Shown here: positions 42,356 through 55,504 of the stretch, piece after piece | Numbering within the stretch: the stretch's first letter is position 1 | Layout: each line of letters starts with the position of its first letter | NCBI GenBank assembly: GCA_023920165.1 | Contig: CP089278.1 | Location: 558,001 to 622,000 of the forward strand | From: Curvularia clavata | Lineage: Eukaryota | Direction: 5' to 3' | Length of the DNA stretch: 64,000 nucleotides | Notes under the pieces: generated by a model | Told to the model about the DNA's origin: nothing | The model's database searches: none | The model's input: only the letters and a program-made list of their open reading frames with translations | Made by a program: the position numbers and the translations under genes

Positions 42356-45300
42356 ATGGCATCCGAAGCAGTTGCTAGCTCTGCCACCGAGGGTTTGACC
42401 CCGGCCCAGAAGCTCATGCAGGAGCACGCCGACCACCACGTCACCGTCGAAGACGTCCCCGACGAGGAAGACGTCGCCCACCCGACCCCCTCAGCCGCCG
42501 ATACCTCTGCCCCCCTCAGCGAAAAGGCCGCTGGCAAGCAAAAGACTGACGATGCTTCTTCCAAGAAGCCCACTCTGAACATGTCGTCTGAGGAGGCCTT
42601 CCCGGCTCTTGGTCCCGTTAAGCCCCGAGCCCAGGCTTCTGTTGCACCCACCTGGGGCAAGAAGCCCTCCTCGGTCACCAACGGTGTCAATGGCAGTGCT
42701 TCTGCCCCCGCTGGTCGTGGCCCCGCCCTCCCGTCTATGAGCATTCCTGGCAAGCACGTCGAACGCATCTCCCTCGCTACCAACCAGGTCGCTCCTCGTG
42801 GAGAGCTGAAGAAGCCCATCAATGAGATTGTCCGCGACATCAACAGGCGCTCCAAGGCCAACCTCGAATACAAGCAGGCTCCCGGCGCCCTCATCTTCGA
42901 GGCAACTGGCCCTGTTGAAGCAGCCAGGCAAGCGCTCAAGGAAGTCGCCAACGAAGTCGGCTCCAAGGTAAGTCAATTGGTCAACAACGTCTATTCCTTA
43001 CGTGCTCACAATCTGTAGCAATCCGTCGATGTCCCCGTCCCCGCTTCCGTCCGCGCCCACATCATCGGCCGTCAAGGATCCAAGATTCAGGAAATCAGCA
43101 AGCGCACCGGTGCCCGCATCCAGGTCCCCAAGGCTGAGCCCGGCGAGGATGAGGACACGGTCGTCAACGTACACATTGAAGGCAATGCTCTAACTGCTGA
43201 GATGGCTCGCCGCGAAATTGACGCCATTGTCAACGAACGCACCTCGACTGTCAACCTGCGCCTCAAGGACATTCCCGCCGAGTTCTACCCCTTCCTCGCA
43301 GGTCCCAACAATGTCCACGCCAACAGGCTTGTCCAGGGTCGTGATGTCAACATCCAGATCCCCCAGTACCACACCTGGCAGTCGCAGGCTCCTCCTTCGG
43401 CTCCTCGTGGCCAGCCTGCTCAGTTTGTCCCACAGGCCAACTTCCCTATCCAGCTTTCTGGTGACCGCGTAGCTGCCCAGCAGGTCCAGGCTGAGCTGGA
43501 GCGTCGCGTTCAGCAACTCCGCCAGCAGTTGGCTACCGAGCAGCGATCCATTGAGCGCGGCAGGCATCAATTCATTGTTGGCGACCGCGGCCACTCTCTG
43601 CATGACTTCTTGGAGGAAACTGGCTGCAGTATCGTCCTACCTCCCAGCTCGGACGACAGCGAGACTGTCTACATTGTTGGCCCACCCAACAAGATCGAAC
43701 AGGGTATCAACAAGCTTGAGGATCTTGCTGCCAGTATGACCATGGCGACCGCAGACGCTGCCCGTGAGCACAAGGGCCCGAATGCCCAGGCACATGCCCA
43801 CAACCTGACCCGCTACCTGCGTCAACGGAAGGCTCTGGAGGAACTTGAGCGCAAGCATGAAGCTAGCATCGTCGCTCCCAACGACCGTCACGCGCCAACT
43901 GGATGGGAAATTTACGCAAAGGATGGAAAGAACAGCATGAAGGCGCGTACCGACATTATGAGCCTTTTCCAGTCGCATCCACCAAGCAGGTTCTCTACCA
44001 TGGAGGTTGACCCCTTCTACCACGACTTCCTGCGACAGCGCAACGCGCCCAAGGTCAGGCAGGATCACGGTGTACACATTGTTTTCCCCGACGAATCCGA
44101 GCAGTCACCAGAGTTGATCCTTGTCTATGAAGGTAACACCCCACACGACCAATATGATCTCCCACGAGGTGCACCATCTCAAGCCGAGATCAAGGCATAC
44201 CAGAAGGGCCTACAGGACGCCCAGCGATACATCCTCGGCCTTACTAAGGACCAGCCGAAGATTGAGTCTCGCGGCCTCGAGTCCAACCCCAAGTTCCACC
44301 GCAAGATTGAGCAGTTCGTCAACGACGAGCAGCGTGGCCTTGCGCCAGAACAGGTTCCTGTCCAGGCTCTGTTCGGTCACCGACGACCCGAGCCCTACAG
44401 CCGCTCAAACAACAGCTTTGCCATCCGTGGACCTACAAGCGCTGTTGACGAGCTTAATGCCAAGATCCTTGCGTTTATTGAGCAAGCTGAGAAGGACGAG
44501 CTTGAGCGCAACCATGTCACAACCTTCGATTACCCTCAGAAGTACGCAAGCCACCTTGTTGGCAAGGGCGGAGAGAACATTCAGCGTCTGCGCCAGAAGT
44601 ACGATGTTGATGTCCAGATCAACGACGGCAAGGTTGAGCTCAAGGGACCTTCAGCCAAGGCCCAACAATGCAAGAAGGAAATTCTTGACATGGCTAAGAA
44701 GCTTGAGGACGAAGCCACTCACATTCTCAAGGTCAAGCCACAGTACCACCGTGATTTGATTGGCGCTGGCGGTAAGCAGGTCGAGCGTCTGCAGGACCGC
44801 TACGGTGTGCGCATCAACTTCCCTCGACGAGCACAGAACGATGAGGAGGCAGGTGATGCGTCATCACAGAAGAACGTCCGCTCTGGCCAGAACCCAGACG
44901 AGGTCATCGTTCGAGGACCCAGGAAGGGCGCCGACGAGGCCCGTGACGAAGTTCTGAGTCTTCTCCAGTACATCATGGACAACTCTTACAGTGACACAGT
45001 TTCGGTTGCCCAGAGCAACATCCCACGTTTGATCGGATCCGGTGGTCGCGAGATGGAGAACCTCCGTCTCGAGACTGGATGCCAGATTGACGTCCCCGGT
45101 GCTCGTGAGGGCGCTGATCCTTCCGGCCGCGCGGAGATCAAGCTCAAGGGAACCAAGAAGCAGGTTGAAGCAGCAAAGAAGATTCTGCAGCAGCGTGCTC
45201 AGGAGTTTGACGACACCGTTGTCGAGACGCTCGAGGTTGACAGGAAACACCACAGGAACCTTATTGGTGGCAGCGGTGCCAACATCCGCTCCATTGTCAC

Positions 45301-46335
45301 CTCGGCTGGCGGCCCAGACAACTCCCGCGATCTGGCACGTATGGTGCGTTTCCCTCGCGCCGAGTCTGATGAGTCTAGCATCCGTGTAGAAGGACCCAAG
45401 AGTGTGGTTGAAAAGATTGTTGCCGCTATCAAGGCACAGGTCGCCTCGCTCGAGAACCAGACTACCGAGACTCTCGAGATTTCTCCTGACAAGCACCGCC
45501 TGCTCATCGGACGTGGTGGCGAGACTCGTCGCTCCCTTGAGTCTAAGCTTAACATCCAATTGGATGTTCCCAAGCAGACTACGACTGGCGCTGCCCGCAG
45601 CCAGGTCAAGATCACTGGTGAGCCTGCTGCTGTTGAGAAGGCCAAGGAGCATATTCTTGAGCTTGTTAAAGGCCAAGAAGGCGAGACTGTCCAGGTCCCA
45701 CGCTACCTCCACCACGCAATCTCAGACAACGGCCAGTTCTTCCGTCAGCTTCGCAACCAGCACAAGGTCACTGTTGACCACGGCGGCGAGCAGCTTCCTC
45801 CCAAGCCTGCTCAGACCGAGGCTGGAAAGGCCAGGAAGGGCGCGAATGGAGCTCTGCCATTGATCACCGATGATGCCAACAACAGCGGTAACGAGCACTC
45901 GTGGGAGATTATTGACAACAACGTTACCGAGGAGGGTGCTGACACTTCTGCCACCATCCCCTGGATCCTGCGTGGCCCTGCGGAGAACCTGCCCAAGGCC
46001 CGCCAGAAGCTTGAGCAGGCCATTGAGGCTGCTTCTAAGCCCTCTTCTACGGGTTACCTCATCCTGCCTGACCCACGAAGCTACAGGTAAGCTTGATTCT
46101 GTTGCTCATTTGAATTCCCGTGCTAACTCACTACAGGCTCGTCGTCGGACCTGGTGGTTCTACCATCAACGACCTTCGCAAGAAGACGGGTACCAAGATC
46201 CAGGTCCCCCGTGACCAGGCCAAGGATGAGGCCATTGAGATTGTCGGTACCCGCGACGGATGCGAGGAGGCTCGCCAGATGATTCTCGATATTGTGTCCA
46301 AGGGTGGCAACGGTGGCCGCCGGGAGCGCGCCTAG
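42356..46335 (+). CDS. SCP160: Vigilin/Scp160 multi-KH-domain RNA-binding protein; 3 exons (42356-42967, 43019-46086, 46137-46335)
   Basis: Many KH GxxG loops (IIGRQG, LVGKGG, LIGAGG, LIGSGG, LIGRGG, VVGPGG) and N-terminal EEAFPALG. Introns 42968-43018 and 46087-46136. Confidence 0.92.
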
Positions 46336-47643
46336 GCGCCTAATCTTATGATATCAGTCTTGGTCCAGGGAGTGTGAGGCGTCATCGTCTCTGACGGAAC
46401 TTTGGATCATGCTATGAGTATGGAGATAAAAGAGGTTTTGTTTGTGCACATTCCTATCAGTGTGGGAAGAGTATGATGCATATGATGACGAAACAAAAAT
46501 TTCTATTTTCCTTATTCCTCTTTCTATCTCTTGGGTTATCAAAAAAGCAGGAATCAAGCATTATGATGGTTTACGTTTATGTAGTTATAGGAATGAGAGA
46601 ATCAATCCTTTTAATACAGTTGAGCTTTCTGCCGTGTTGGTGCATTTTTAGGGAGTTTTCTTTGGATATGGATTATAACTCGAACCACTTTTGTCCATTA
46701 AAAAATGAATGTGGTTCAACATGCGTTGATGCAACAAGAAAAGGGAATATCGAAAAAGAATAGACATACAGCACTCCTTAAAAGGTACATGGTCAATCTC
46801 ATCCAAACTCCAATTCCTTTTCTAATTTCTTATGATTCCTACACCAGAAGAGGATACATCGTTCTACCTTATTTCTATATGCACCCATTCGCTCCACCGC
46901 TCCATGCTTCCCCAGCCAGCCAGGTATACAATCCGAATACAAGAGATGTGAGGTTGTGTCGCAAGACAGAGTCGAATCAATCCACCAACCAAACAAGCAG
47001 CAATAAGGAGAAAGACGAAACAGATAAAATAAAGTTACATGAACACCATGAAAATGTTACAGAACGAGACAGAAGAAAAAAGGGACTTCGAATTTGCAAA
47101 AACCTCATTGCACTTCCTCTTGCCCCTGCCCCAACGACTACCACCGTAACACAGGCAAACGAAAACAGTCGTGTTTTCTTTTTCATACAGACAGACAGAC
47201 GCAAATATATAGACACAACAACATGTCAATCATATTCATTTACACCATTCCAGCGATAAAATGCAGACAGACAGACAAGGTAAAAAGACAGATGGGTGAG
47301 TAAGAGACAAAAAAACTCCCCATAATTCATAAACATTGAATTCGTGTACGTGGCCTCAAAAGACAGCAATTGAGGCAGAGAGAAGAAAAAAAAGGGTTGT
47401 TAAGAACAGGTAAGAAAAGAAAAGAGAACGTAGACAATTGTTCGTGTGCCCATGATGCGAGAGCAACAGAGTGAACAATACGCTGACTGGGAGTGGAAAA
47501 GAAGGATACGCTCCCCGTCTTACAGCAACAACAAAATCGTACCCAGACCAAGAGGTAGAGCATAACGTTCAACAATGACAAGAAAACAATGAAGACAACC
47601 ACAAAGGTGCGATATGAAGGGTGTGATAGAATATGTATATCTG

Positions 47644-50600
47644 TCAAGAAGCCGGGTGGTTCTCCGCGCCATCTTCAGTAGCAGTAGCAGGTTCCGGAGG
47701 CGGTTCCGTCTTCCCCTCCTCCTGATTCTGCAAAAGCCTTGCTTGCTCATCAGGAATAGTAGCATCACCCTCTTTGTTTTCCTCTCCCGCCGTCGGGGCA
47801 CCTTCTTTTGCTGCCGCCTCCATACTCTCCGAGGGATTAGTGACAGGCGGTTCGCTCGAAGGCTTCGTCACGACTTCATCTGCGCTGTGCTTTCCGCGCT
47901 GAAACCAGCCACCTTTTTCCCATTGCCCAGGCTGATACAAACAGTCGTTGCGAATGTCTGTGTCTACGATGGCGCCCATGAGCCGATTCAACCGGTCGAA
48001 GGAAATGGGTTTGAGGATCCAGGCGTCGAAGCCAGCGTCGATGTAGTGTTGGCGGTCGCGCTCGACTAGTGATGCTGAGACGGCGATGATGGGAACGCGG
48101 CCGCAAAGGGCGGCGCGGGGAGAGTATATGTTGCTGTGTAGCTTTTCAAATGATCGTATCATCTTTGTTGATGTGAGTCCGTCTACAATTGGCATCTGGG
48201 TGATGGTCAGTTTATCTGAATAAAAGATGCGAACTCGAATAACATACTTGCATATCCATCAAGACAACATCAATGTCTTTGGAGTTATCGCAAAAGGCAG
48301 ATGCGCATTCTTCGCCATTGACTGTGAGATGAACCTGGTGCCCGAGCTTCTCTAGACGCTTCTTGACAATCCTACTATTCACTGGGTCATCTTCAGCCAC
48401 AAGCACACGCATTTTTTCAGCTGACAAAGGCTCAGGTTCGGCAGTCAACTTTGGGTTTTCGTCTTCAAACACCTCGCCGAGTATACTTCCAGGCCGACGA
48501 ACGCCCACTGGTGAGTTGCTGCCAGTTTCATCAGGAACCTTCAAGGCTGTGATGGGAGCATCTGAGCCAGGAACAGCCTGTTCACCAGGCCCGCTCGATG
48601 GCATGCTTCTTTGGTGAGGTGGAACAATGGGTTGGCTGCTGAAGTCCTCAAGGCTCTTAGACCTCCTGCGTGCAGCGGCTGATGCCTCCGAATCCAGGCT
48701 ACTTCGTTTTGTCAAAGTAGGTCTCAACGACCGCGAACTTGGACTTGCGTCGCCTCTACCAATTAGATGTGGCTCTTGGATGGCGTCAATAAGTCTGTCC
48801 ACATCACTTCTTTGACTTGACCCGCTCTTGAAGCTTCGGAGGCTGTTCTTGCTCGTCAGACTACCAGCACTAGTCCGTCGTACGATAACGTGGCTGGACG
48901 GTTTTTCTCCTTCACCTGCAGAACTATGGCGTGACAGACTTGGCGCTATCAGCGTCCGCTCGGCAGAACCAGGACTGGAAACATCGGGGAAAGGCTGTTC
49001 AGCCTGAGGCGTAACGCTTCCTGGAGGTGAAGTTGCGGTATTGCTAGCATTGCCTAGCTCAGAGTCTGGAAGGTCAAACGGTAACTGTATGATGAATCTT
49101 GTGCCTTTGCCTTCTTCTGACCGTAGCCTGAGTTGTCCATTCATATTCCTGATGATGCGTCCTACAATGGCCAATCCAAGACCTAGCGTCGACTTGTCGC
49201 CTTGTTCCGTGACCTGCTTCTGGTCTGGTACCAGTGCATCCTCTAACAAGGAAGTCGGTTCAGATTGTACTTGCTCGAGGTCATTGAAAAGTTGGTCAAG
49301 CTTCTTCTGGCTCATGCCAGTACCTGTGTCAGATACTGCCACTTCGATATCGACATGTTCTCGACTCGGCCTGGCTGCGACATATGCTTCGACTGTAACA
49401 CTCCCATGGGTGGTATGTTGAATTGCATTGGCGGTGATGTTGGAGATAGCTTGCCGTATTCGCCGTTGGTCTCCAATGCAATAATTTGGCAAGCCGGGGT
49501 GCTGGATGACTTGATATTCAATGTTTTTTCGTTTGGCATCATTGCGGAACATGTCCGTGGCCTCCTTGATGGTATCCTTCAAATCGAACGACTCGCCTTT
49601 GATGAGTGGTCCGCCCTCCTCCGTCTTGGTCAAATCGAGGAGATCATTGATCACGTAAATCAAGGACTTCGATGCTGAATGAGATCGCGAAAGATTTTCT
49701 CGTGTTTCTTGATCCAAAGCCCCCTCTAACGCTATTTCCAGATAGTTAATAATGGCGTTGAGCGGTGTGCGGACTTCGTGTGCTGAGTTTGCCAGCAACA
49801 ACCGGGTTAGTTGGCTACTCTGCAGAGCAGCTTCTTTTTGCCTCCAAACTTCAATAAACTTTCCATAAACCAAACATAGGACAGAGGCGGTTTCGATCTC
49901 TTCTTCTGTCCATTCGCGACACTTGCCAACGACTATCTCGGACCACGTCTTGAAACTCTTTCTTGGCTCCAAGTAGCCTTCTGTGCCTTCTTTGATGAAT
50001 TTTTCGTACGGATTGCCAGCCCATTTGACTTGTCTGAGTTGACCTCTTCGGAAGAAGACGATGAAATCCTCACCACCCACGGACAAGGGAACTATCAGCA
50101 TACCTGCAATGACATGAAAACCTGGTGGGTATCGCAAATCTGGAAAGTCTGCGGCAATGTCGGTAGAAGTCATAACGGCCTGAATCTTTCTCATCCTGAG
50201 ATACTCGAGCATGGCGAGTGCTTCTTGAGAGTTTTCCAGGGTACCTAATATTTTAGTCTCGTCACGAATTGACAGCAGACCAAAGTCGGCGTCAAAAAGT
50301 TTCAGGAGGTCATCAGAAGAGGCAATGATATACCCAGACGGGTTGTGTTGCGTGGGCACAGTGTTGATCAACTTCCGCGCCTGTAACCTCGATGCGTACG
50401 ATAACCGTTCAATGTTCCGTGATGCTGTGTCGCCAATCATGCGGCACATTTTGCGGATAGGAAAAGAGACGCGCATACCACGAGGTCCATACGTATGGCA
50501 TGCAATAAGTCCCCAGAGCTCGTTGAAAGCATTGATGGAAATGGACATGGACGACCTCACAGCCATGTTTGCGAGATACTTGAGGTGGATTGGAGACATG

Positions 50601-52189
50601 GCGCGGAGGTATGAATGTGTGAGATCGAGTGGGTTCTCCAAATCTTCTGTGGTACGGCAGACGAGCCGCGCCGTTTGAAGATCTCGATCATAAAGCATGC
50701 GCACTTTGTTGATCTTGTACAACTCTCGGGCTTGCTTGGGTATGTCCGAGGCAGGAAAGTTCAAGCCCTTGTAAAGATCTTTTGTCGCTCGAGGATCCAC
50801 AAGCTCGGTGACGACACGGCCATTGAAACTCTGGTCGAACTGGTAGATCATGACACGATGGAAGCCTGTAAGTTCCTTGACAACGCCGACTAGCACCTTC
50901 AGAAACTTTTCCAACGAGGGTGCAGCAGCGAGCTGTTCTTGCACCTGAGACATGATGTTAAAGACCTCCATAGCGGCCGCCTCGCCTTTTCTTTTTCGTG
51001 CACTTCGCAAGATTCTCAACGGCCTACTTTTGATTTCAGTACTTTCCAGAAACTCGTCAGCCGTGGGCTGACTGGACAAGGTGTCTTCAGGTAACTCTGG
51101 TGTGTTGTCGCTGGGCGGCACGAGTGGGTAGAGGGGGTCGTCTTCGAGCTCGAATTCACAAATGACTAGACCGGGGTTGGCCTCGTTCGTGTGTATTGCA
51201 CACCACAGTTTGCGTGACCGAGTGTGACCCGCGATCTTGATGGACATGGTGAAGACCTCGGGTCCATTGACCGTAACATTGGACTCTTCGTCCTTAATAA
51301 AGTCGATGTGGTCCAGGAGGTTGTCGGCTTGCTCTTCTGAAAAGATATCTGTAAAACTCTCCAGAGCAAAAAGCTCTTTGGGGGTACGACCCAGAATCCG
51401 TTGAGAGTTTTCACTTACGATACGTACCTGCAAAGTGCCCTCGGGGTTGTCTTGCAGCGCTACCAAAAGACCAAATCCTTGCACAGCGCCCGGTAAATGG
51501 ATGGGCTCGTCTTCGCAGCGTTGTAAAGTCTCGCCTTCGCGCCCAGTAATGATCATATGCCCGCCTTCTGTTACGACATGCTTGAATCGATGTGTTACCA
51601 AACCACCCATATCCATACTACTAATGCCACTCTGTGTTGAAGGTGGACGTTCGGCTTTCGCAGGCGGCGATCGGCTGTCCTCGTTTATGCTGGCGGTCGA
51701 CTTGCTGGACGACATGTCGTTGAAGAGCTGCGAGGGCAGCGGTTGGCCCCCCCTTTGGGATGCTTTGGTTGCTGCATGGCGCATGGCCCACGCCCGTTGC
51801 GAAGCATGTGAAGAGTGCGAAGTGGCCGAACCCTGCGAGGCTCGACGGGTATCGGACACAAGGCGGGGGTCGTTTGCTCGCGAGTAGGGGTGGAAGTAGT
51901 CACCCTGTCCATGTTGACCCATAGGCGTGGAAGTTGGGTCAACGCTGATAGCGCTACGGATAGGGAAAACACGATCCGAGGCAGAGGGACTCAGTGGACC
52001 TGTTGTTTCTGTAGTAGAAGCGCGCGACCTTTGGGTGGGTTGAGGTGGTGCAGCGAAGTCGGTGGCGTCTGTGGTGACCGATGGTGATAGCGGCTCATCT
52101 GATACTGCAGGCACAACCTCTGCTGTGTGAGAGTCGTTCTCCGAGGCAGAGACTCCATCTTCGGGGACATGGTCCGATGGTTGAGACAT
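47644..52189 (-). CDS. fphA: Fungal phytochrome (PAS-GAF-PHY-histidine kinase-receiver); 2 exons (52189-48248, 48195-47644)
   Basis: Bilin-attachment RCEDEPIH, FPASDIP, LRAMSPIHLKYLANM, PRKSF, H-box SAHEVRTPLN, G-boxes DTGTG and GLGL, receiver VAEDD...LMDMQMP. Intron 48247-48196. Confidence 0.97.
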
Positions 52190-52305
52190 GAAGGCACTGC
52201 AGTTGCCGTATGCTGTCTGATATGGTTGGCGATGAGTAGCTGGCGACTGGAAGGCGAAGCTGGTCCGGGAGCCACCAAGATGCTGCTAAGGAACAGAGGC
52301 ACACC

Positions 52306-52326
52306 CACACACACACACACACACAC
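52306..52326. repeat. (CA)10 microsatellite upstream of the fphA start codon
   Basis: Perfect dinucleotide run. Confidence 0.9.
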
Positions 52327-53782
52327 GCGGTCGGCTTAAAGCGCTTCAACCGTCCATGAGCTTGTGGCCTGGGGAACAAGATGTGGAGCGGATATTTGGA
52401 GCGGCCCTGGTAGGGTTGTGACGTGACTTGGCGTTATGCAGGGACCTGGGAGCAGGTGGCGAGGGCGAGGATGATGACGATAGGGCGGACGGTCCCTGAA
52501 AGGCGCCCCCCTTTTTTTGAATTTTGTCGTCGTTGTGGTTGGGGTGGGACAGAGCTGACGGCCACATCAAGCTGGGAAGAGGTGCTGCTGCTGGAAAGGC
52601 AGGGTGCGGGGGCGAGGAAATCTGGACCTCTGGAGGCCAGCCGCGAGTGGGCAGGGACAGAACCGGGTCGTGAGGTGCGTAGAAAGTACCAGAAGCGCCA
52701 GAAGCAGCAAAGGGCGGATAGACGATGGCTGGCAGGGCCGCGGCATGCAGTGTGAGGCAGCAGACGGGGATGTCAGTATCTCGAGGGCGACGTTGGACGT
52801 GAGCCCTCATGGGCTTGCCAGAGACTTGGATGGCTTGTGGCCGACGATCGTGAACGGGTTTGGGGATAGCGGGTGCATCTCTACGATCGACGATTCGAGC
52901 CGAGTCGAGGATAGCGCATGCGCGACCCGGGCGAGGCGTGAAAAGCCCTGGCGTGACCAAGTGGCCTGCAAGCATGGGCTTTTCACAACAATTGCATGAT
53001 GGCGTTGCTGCGACCCACTCGCCCTCGCCCGCGGCCCTACTCGTCCTTGGGGCTCGGCCACGGCCATGGCCAAGGCCAACCACAGTCCCACGTCCAGGAC
53101 GCCTATGATGTCATGGCCCACCGCTTGCCCCTCGGAGCCCCGGCCGCCGCGCCGCCGCCGCCGCCACCACCGCCACGCGGCGCAGGGCTACGCACGTGAC
53201 CTGGCATCTGACAGTCACGTGCCGCTGCGTGGACACGGAAAGGGCGACCAGGACCAGGACCAGGACCAGTGCCAAGCATTGGTCCCCAGTCGCCCATCTT
53301 CTCTCATAGTAGTCGCTGCGTTATGTAGTCATCCCCACCCGGCGGCCATGGTGAATGCGGCACATGATCACCACGACGCGGTACTCTATCCATAGCCCTC
53401 TTTCGTCCCATGGGATACGGGACATGGCGCCCATTGCCCACGGGGCGTCCATTTGCCTGAGTGCATGAGTGTTTCCGACATGCCTGACGACTACATCAGA
53501 CAGCACAGCTGCGACGGCGCGGTGGGGCGGCGGCCAATGGCGGGTTAACACACTCTGCCACCCACACCATGCAACTCTGCTCTCCGGCGGCCTCTCGACG
53601 CACCCAACCCCTACGACAACTCTGAGGAAACGCATCTTTGTTCGCTTCGTGGTACGGGGCAAACACGAATACGTCTGCCAGGCAAGTCAGCCAAACACAC
53701 AGCTTGTAGCGCTTAGCGACACGAGGCAAATACAAAGAGCCCTCACCGCACCCGGACTCCACCACCTCCGTCTCGATCCTCA

Positions 53783-55504
53783 ATGTCATCGCGCTCCCTC
53801 AACGTACTCGTCGCACTCACCGATCCCTCCGCCTTCCGCTTTGGCTGCTCCATAGTCGCCCGACTGCACCGCCTGCCCAATGTATCCCTAAAGATCATTG
53901 CCTGCAAAGAATTCCCACACACTACTCCCAATGTAGTCCCACCTCAAGTCGAGCCGCTATGGCACACGTACAATGTCGACGGCACCACCTTGCCTGCCTG
54001 GCAACACGCCGAGTACTTCGACACCAGCGTCGCAGAGTACTGCACATGGGCGGACCTGCTGGTCCTGGCGCCGCTCAATGCAGAGAACCTGGCGCGCATG
54101 TTGCACGGATTCACAACCAACCTGCACCTGCAGGTCTTGCGTAGCTGGAATGTGTCCAAGAAGATCCTGCTCATCCCCGCCATGTCGACGCTCATGTGGG
54201 AGAACCCCATGTCGAGGAAGCAGATCAGCAAGATACGGCGCAAGTGGAATTGGATCCGCGTCTTGCCACCCTTCCTGTGGTCCTTTGACCATTCGGGTCG
54301 CAAGTACCAGCCGTGGGTAGAAGGCCACAAAGCCTTCAACGAATCCATACAGACGCAAATTGATCTGATGGCCGTCGGCGATCGCACCGTGGCCCTCCCT
54401 ACGGCCCATCTGCCCACCCTGACGCCAACCAAAAGCAAAGGCCCTCGCCTACCACCTGAGCTCTGGTCAATCATCCTCGAGTTTACCAACGACTGGGAGC
54501 TAGCGACCACACTCAACGTTCACACCAATCTACCCATACCCAAAGAATGGCGACAGGCCGCGAGTGACGAGGGGCCCAAGACACAGATGCAGAAGCTGGA
54601 ATGGGCCTTGCTCACATATCCATATCCGGAGATCAAAAACGTCTTCGACGCTGAAAAGCCTACACGCATATCCCGCCTTTGTATTGAGCTCATCATGCGG
54701 TTTGCCATGGTCCCGGTGCTTGTCCATTTGGAAAAATGCCACAAAGACCTCTTCTGGGGCACTTTTGGTCATACGTTTCTACCTCACAAGGCCTCGGTAT
54801 TTGGCAAGACGGAAATCCTCGAGTACTGGAGAACGTCGCCTGCCTTCCTCACAAAAGAGTACTCGGCTGACGCCATAGATGAGGCGAGCCGCGCAAACTC
54901 AATCCAAGCTCTCGATTGGTGGTACAATTCAGGCCTTGCTCTCAAATACACCGAGGCTGCCCTCGAGCAGGCAAGTTCTCAAGGGCATATACATGTGCTC
55001 AAATGGTGGAAAGAGCACAGTCGACACCGGACTGCTCCGCTGGTTCCGATCGATGAAGACACCCCTGGCAAATCCCGCGAGGATTTGCCTCTCAAAATCG
55101 GAAAATCCATCACGTACGCGACCCAGTCTGGCTGCCTGCCTGCCATCATCTTTTGGGTTGACTCGGGCATCCCTTTCTCTCATGAAGATACAATCGCAAA
55201 AGTGGCTTCAACCCACGGCCACACTCATATTTTAGATTATTGGCGTAAGCTGCGCGGCGAGAAGATGCTGTTCGACAATCAAGTTCTCGTCGGGCCTACA
55301 AAAATGGGCCATGCCCATGTGCTCGAGTGGTGGAAACGCAGCGGCTTGAAAGTAGAGTATAAAACTTGCGACATCGAAGAGGCCCTAGAAGATGGAGTAG
55401 AGGGCGCCAAGGGCGATTCCGTGCGAAGGTGGTGGGCATTGAACGGGCTAAATCTCGGCGTAGGGACGAGTGAGTGGATGCGGGTCAAAGTTCTGGGCTC
55501 GTGA
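53783..55504 (+). CDS. HFCD/PPC-decarboxylase-like flavoprotein domain fused to an F-box-like motif and ankyrin-like repeats, 573 aa, intronless
   Basis: WADLLVLAPLNAENLARMLHG and KILLIPAMSTLMW (HFCD fold), LPPELWSIILEF, and repeated ASxxGHxxVLxWW units. Confidence 0.85.
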   Translation: MSSRSLNVLVALTDPSAFRFGCSIVARLHRLPNVSLKIIACKEFPHTTPNVVPPQVEPLWHTYNVDGTTLPAWQHAEYFDTSVAEYCTWADLLVLAPLNAENLARMLHGFTTNLHLQVLRSWNVSKKILLIPAMSTLMWENPMSRKQISKIRRKWNWIRVLPPFLWSFDHSGRKYQPWVEGHKAFNESIQTQIDLMAVGDRTVALPTAHLPTLTPTKSKGPRLPPELWSIILEFTNDWELATTLNVHTNLPIPKEWRQAASDEGPKTQMQKLEWALLTYPYPEIKNVFDAEKPTRISRLCIELIMRFAMVPVLVHLEKCHKDLFWGTFGHTFLPHKASVFGKTEILEYWRTSPAFLTKEYSADAIDEASRANSIQALDWWYNSGLALKYTEAALEQASSQGHIHVLKWWKEHSRHRTAPLVPIDEDTPGKSREDLPLKIGKSITYATQSGCLPAIIFWVDSGIPFSHEDTIAKVASTHGHTHILDYWRKLRGEKMLFDNQVLVGPTKMGHAHVLEWWKRSGLKVEYKTCDIEEALEDGVEGAKGDSVRRWWALNGLNLGVGTSEWMRVKVLGS

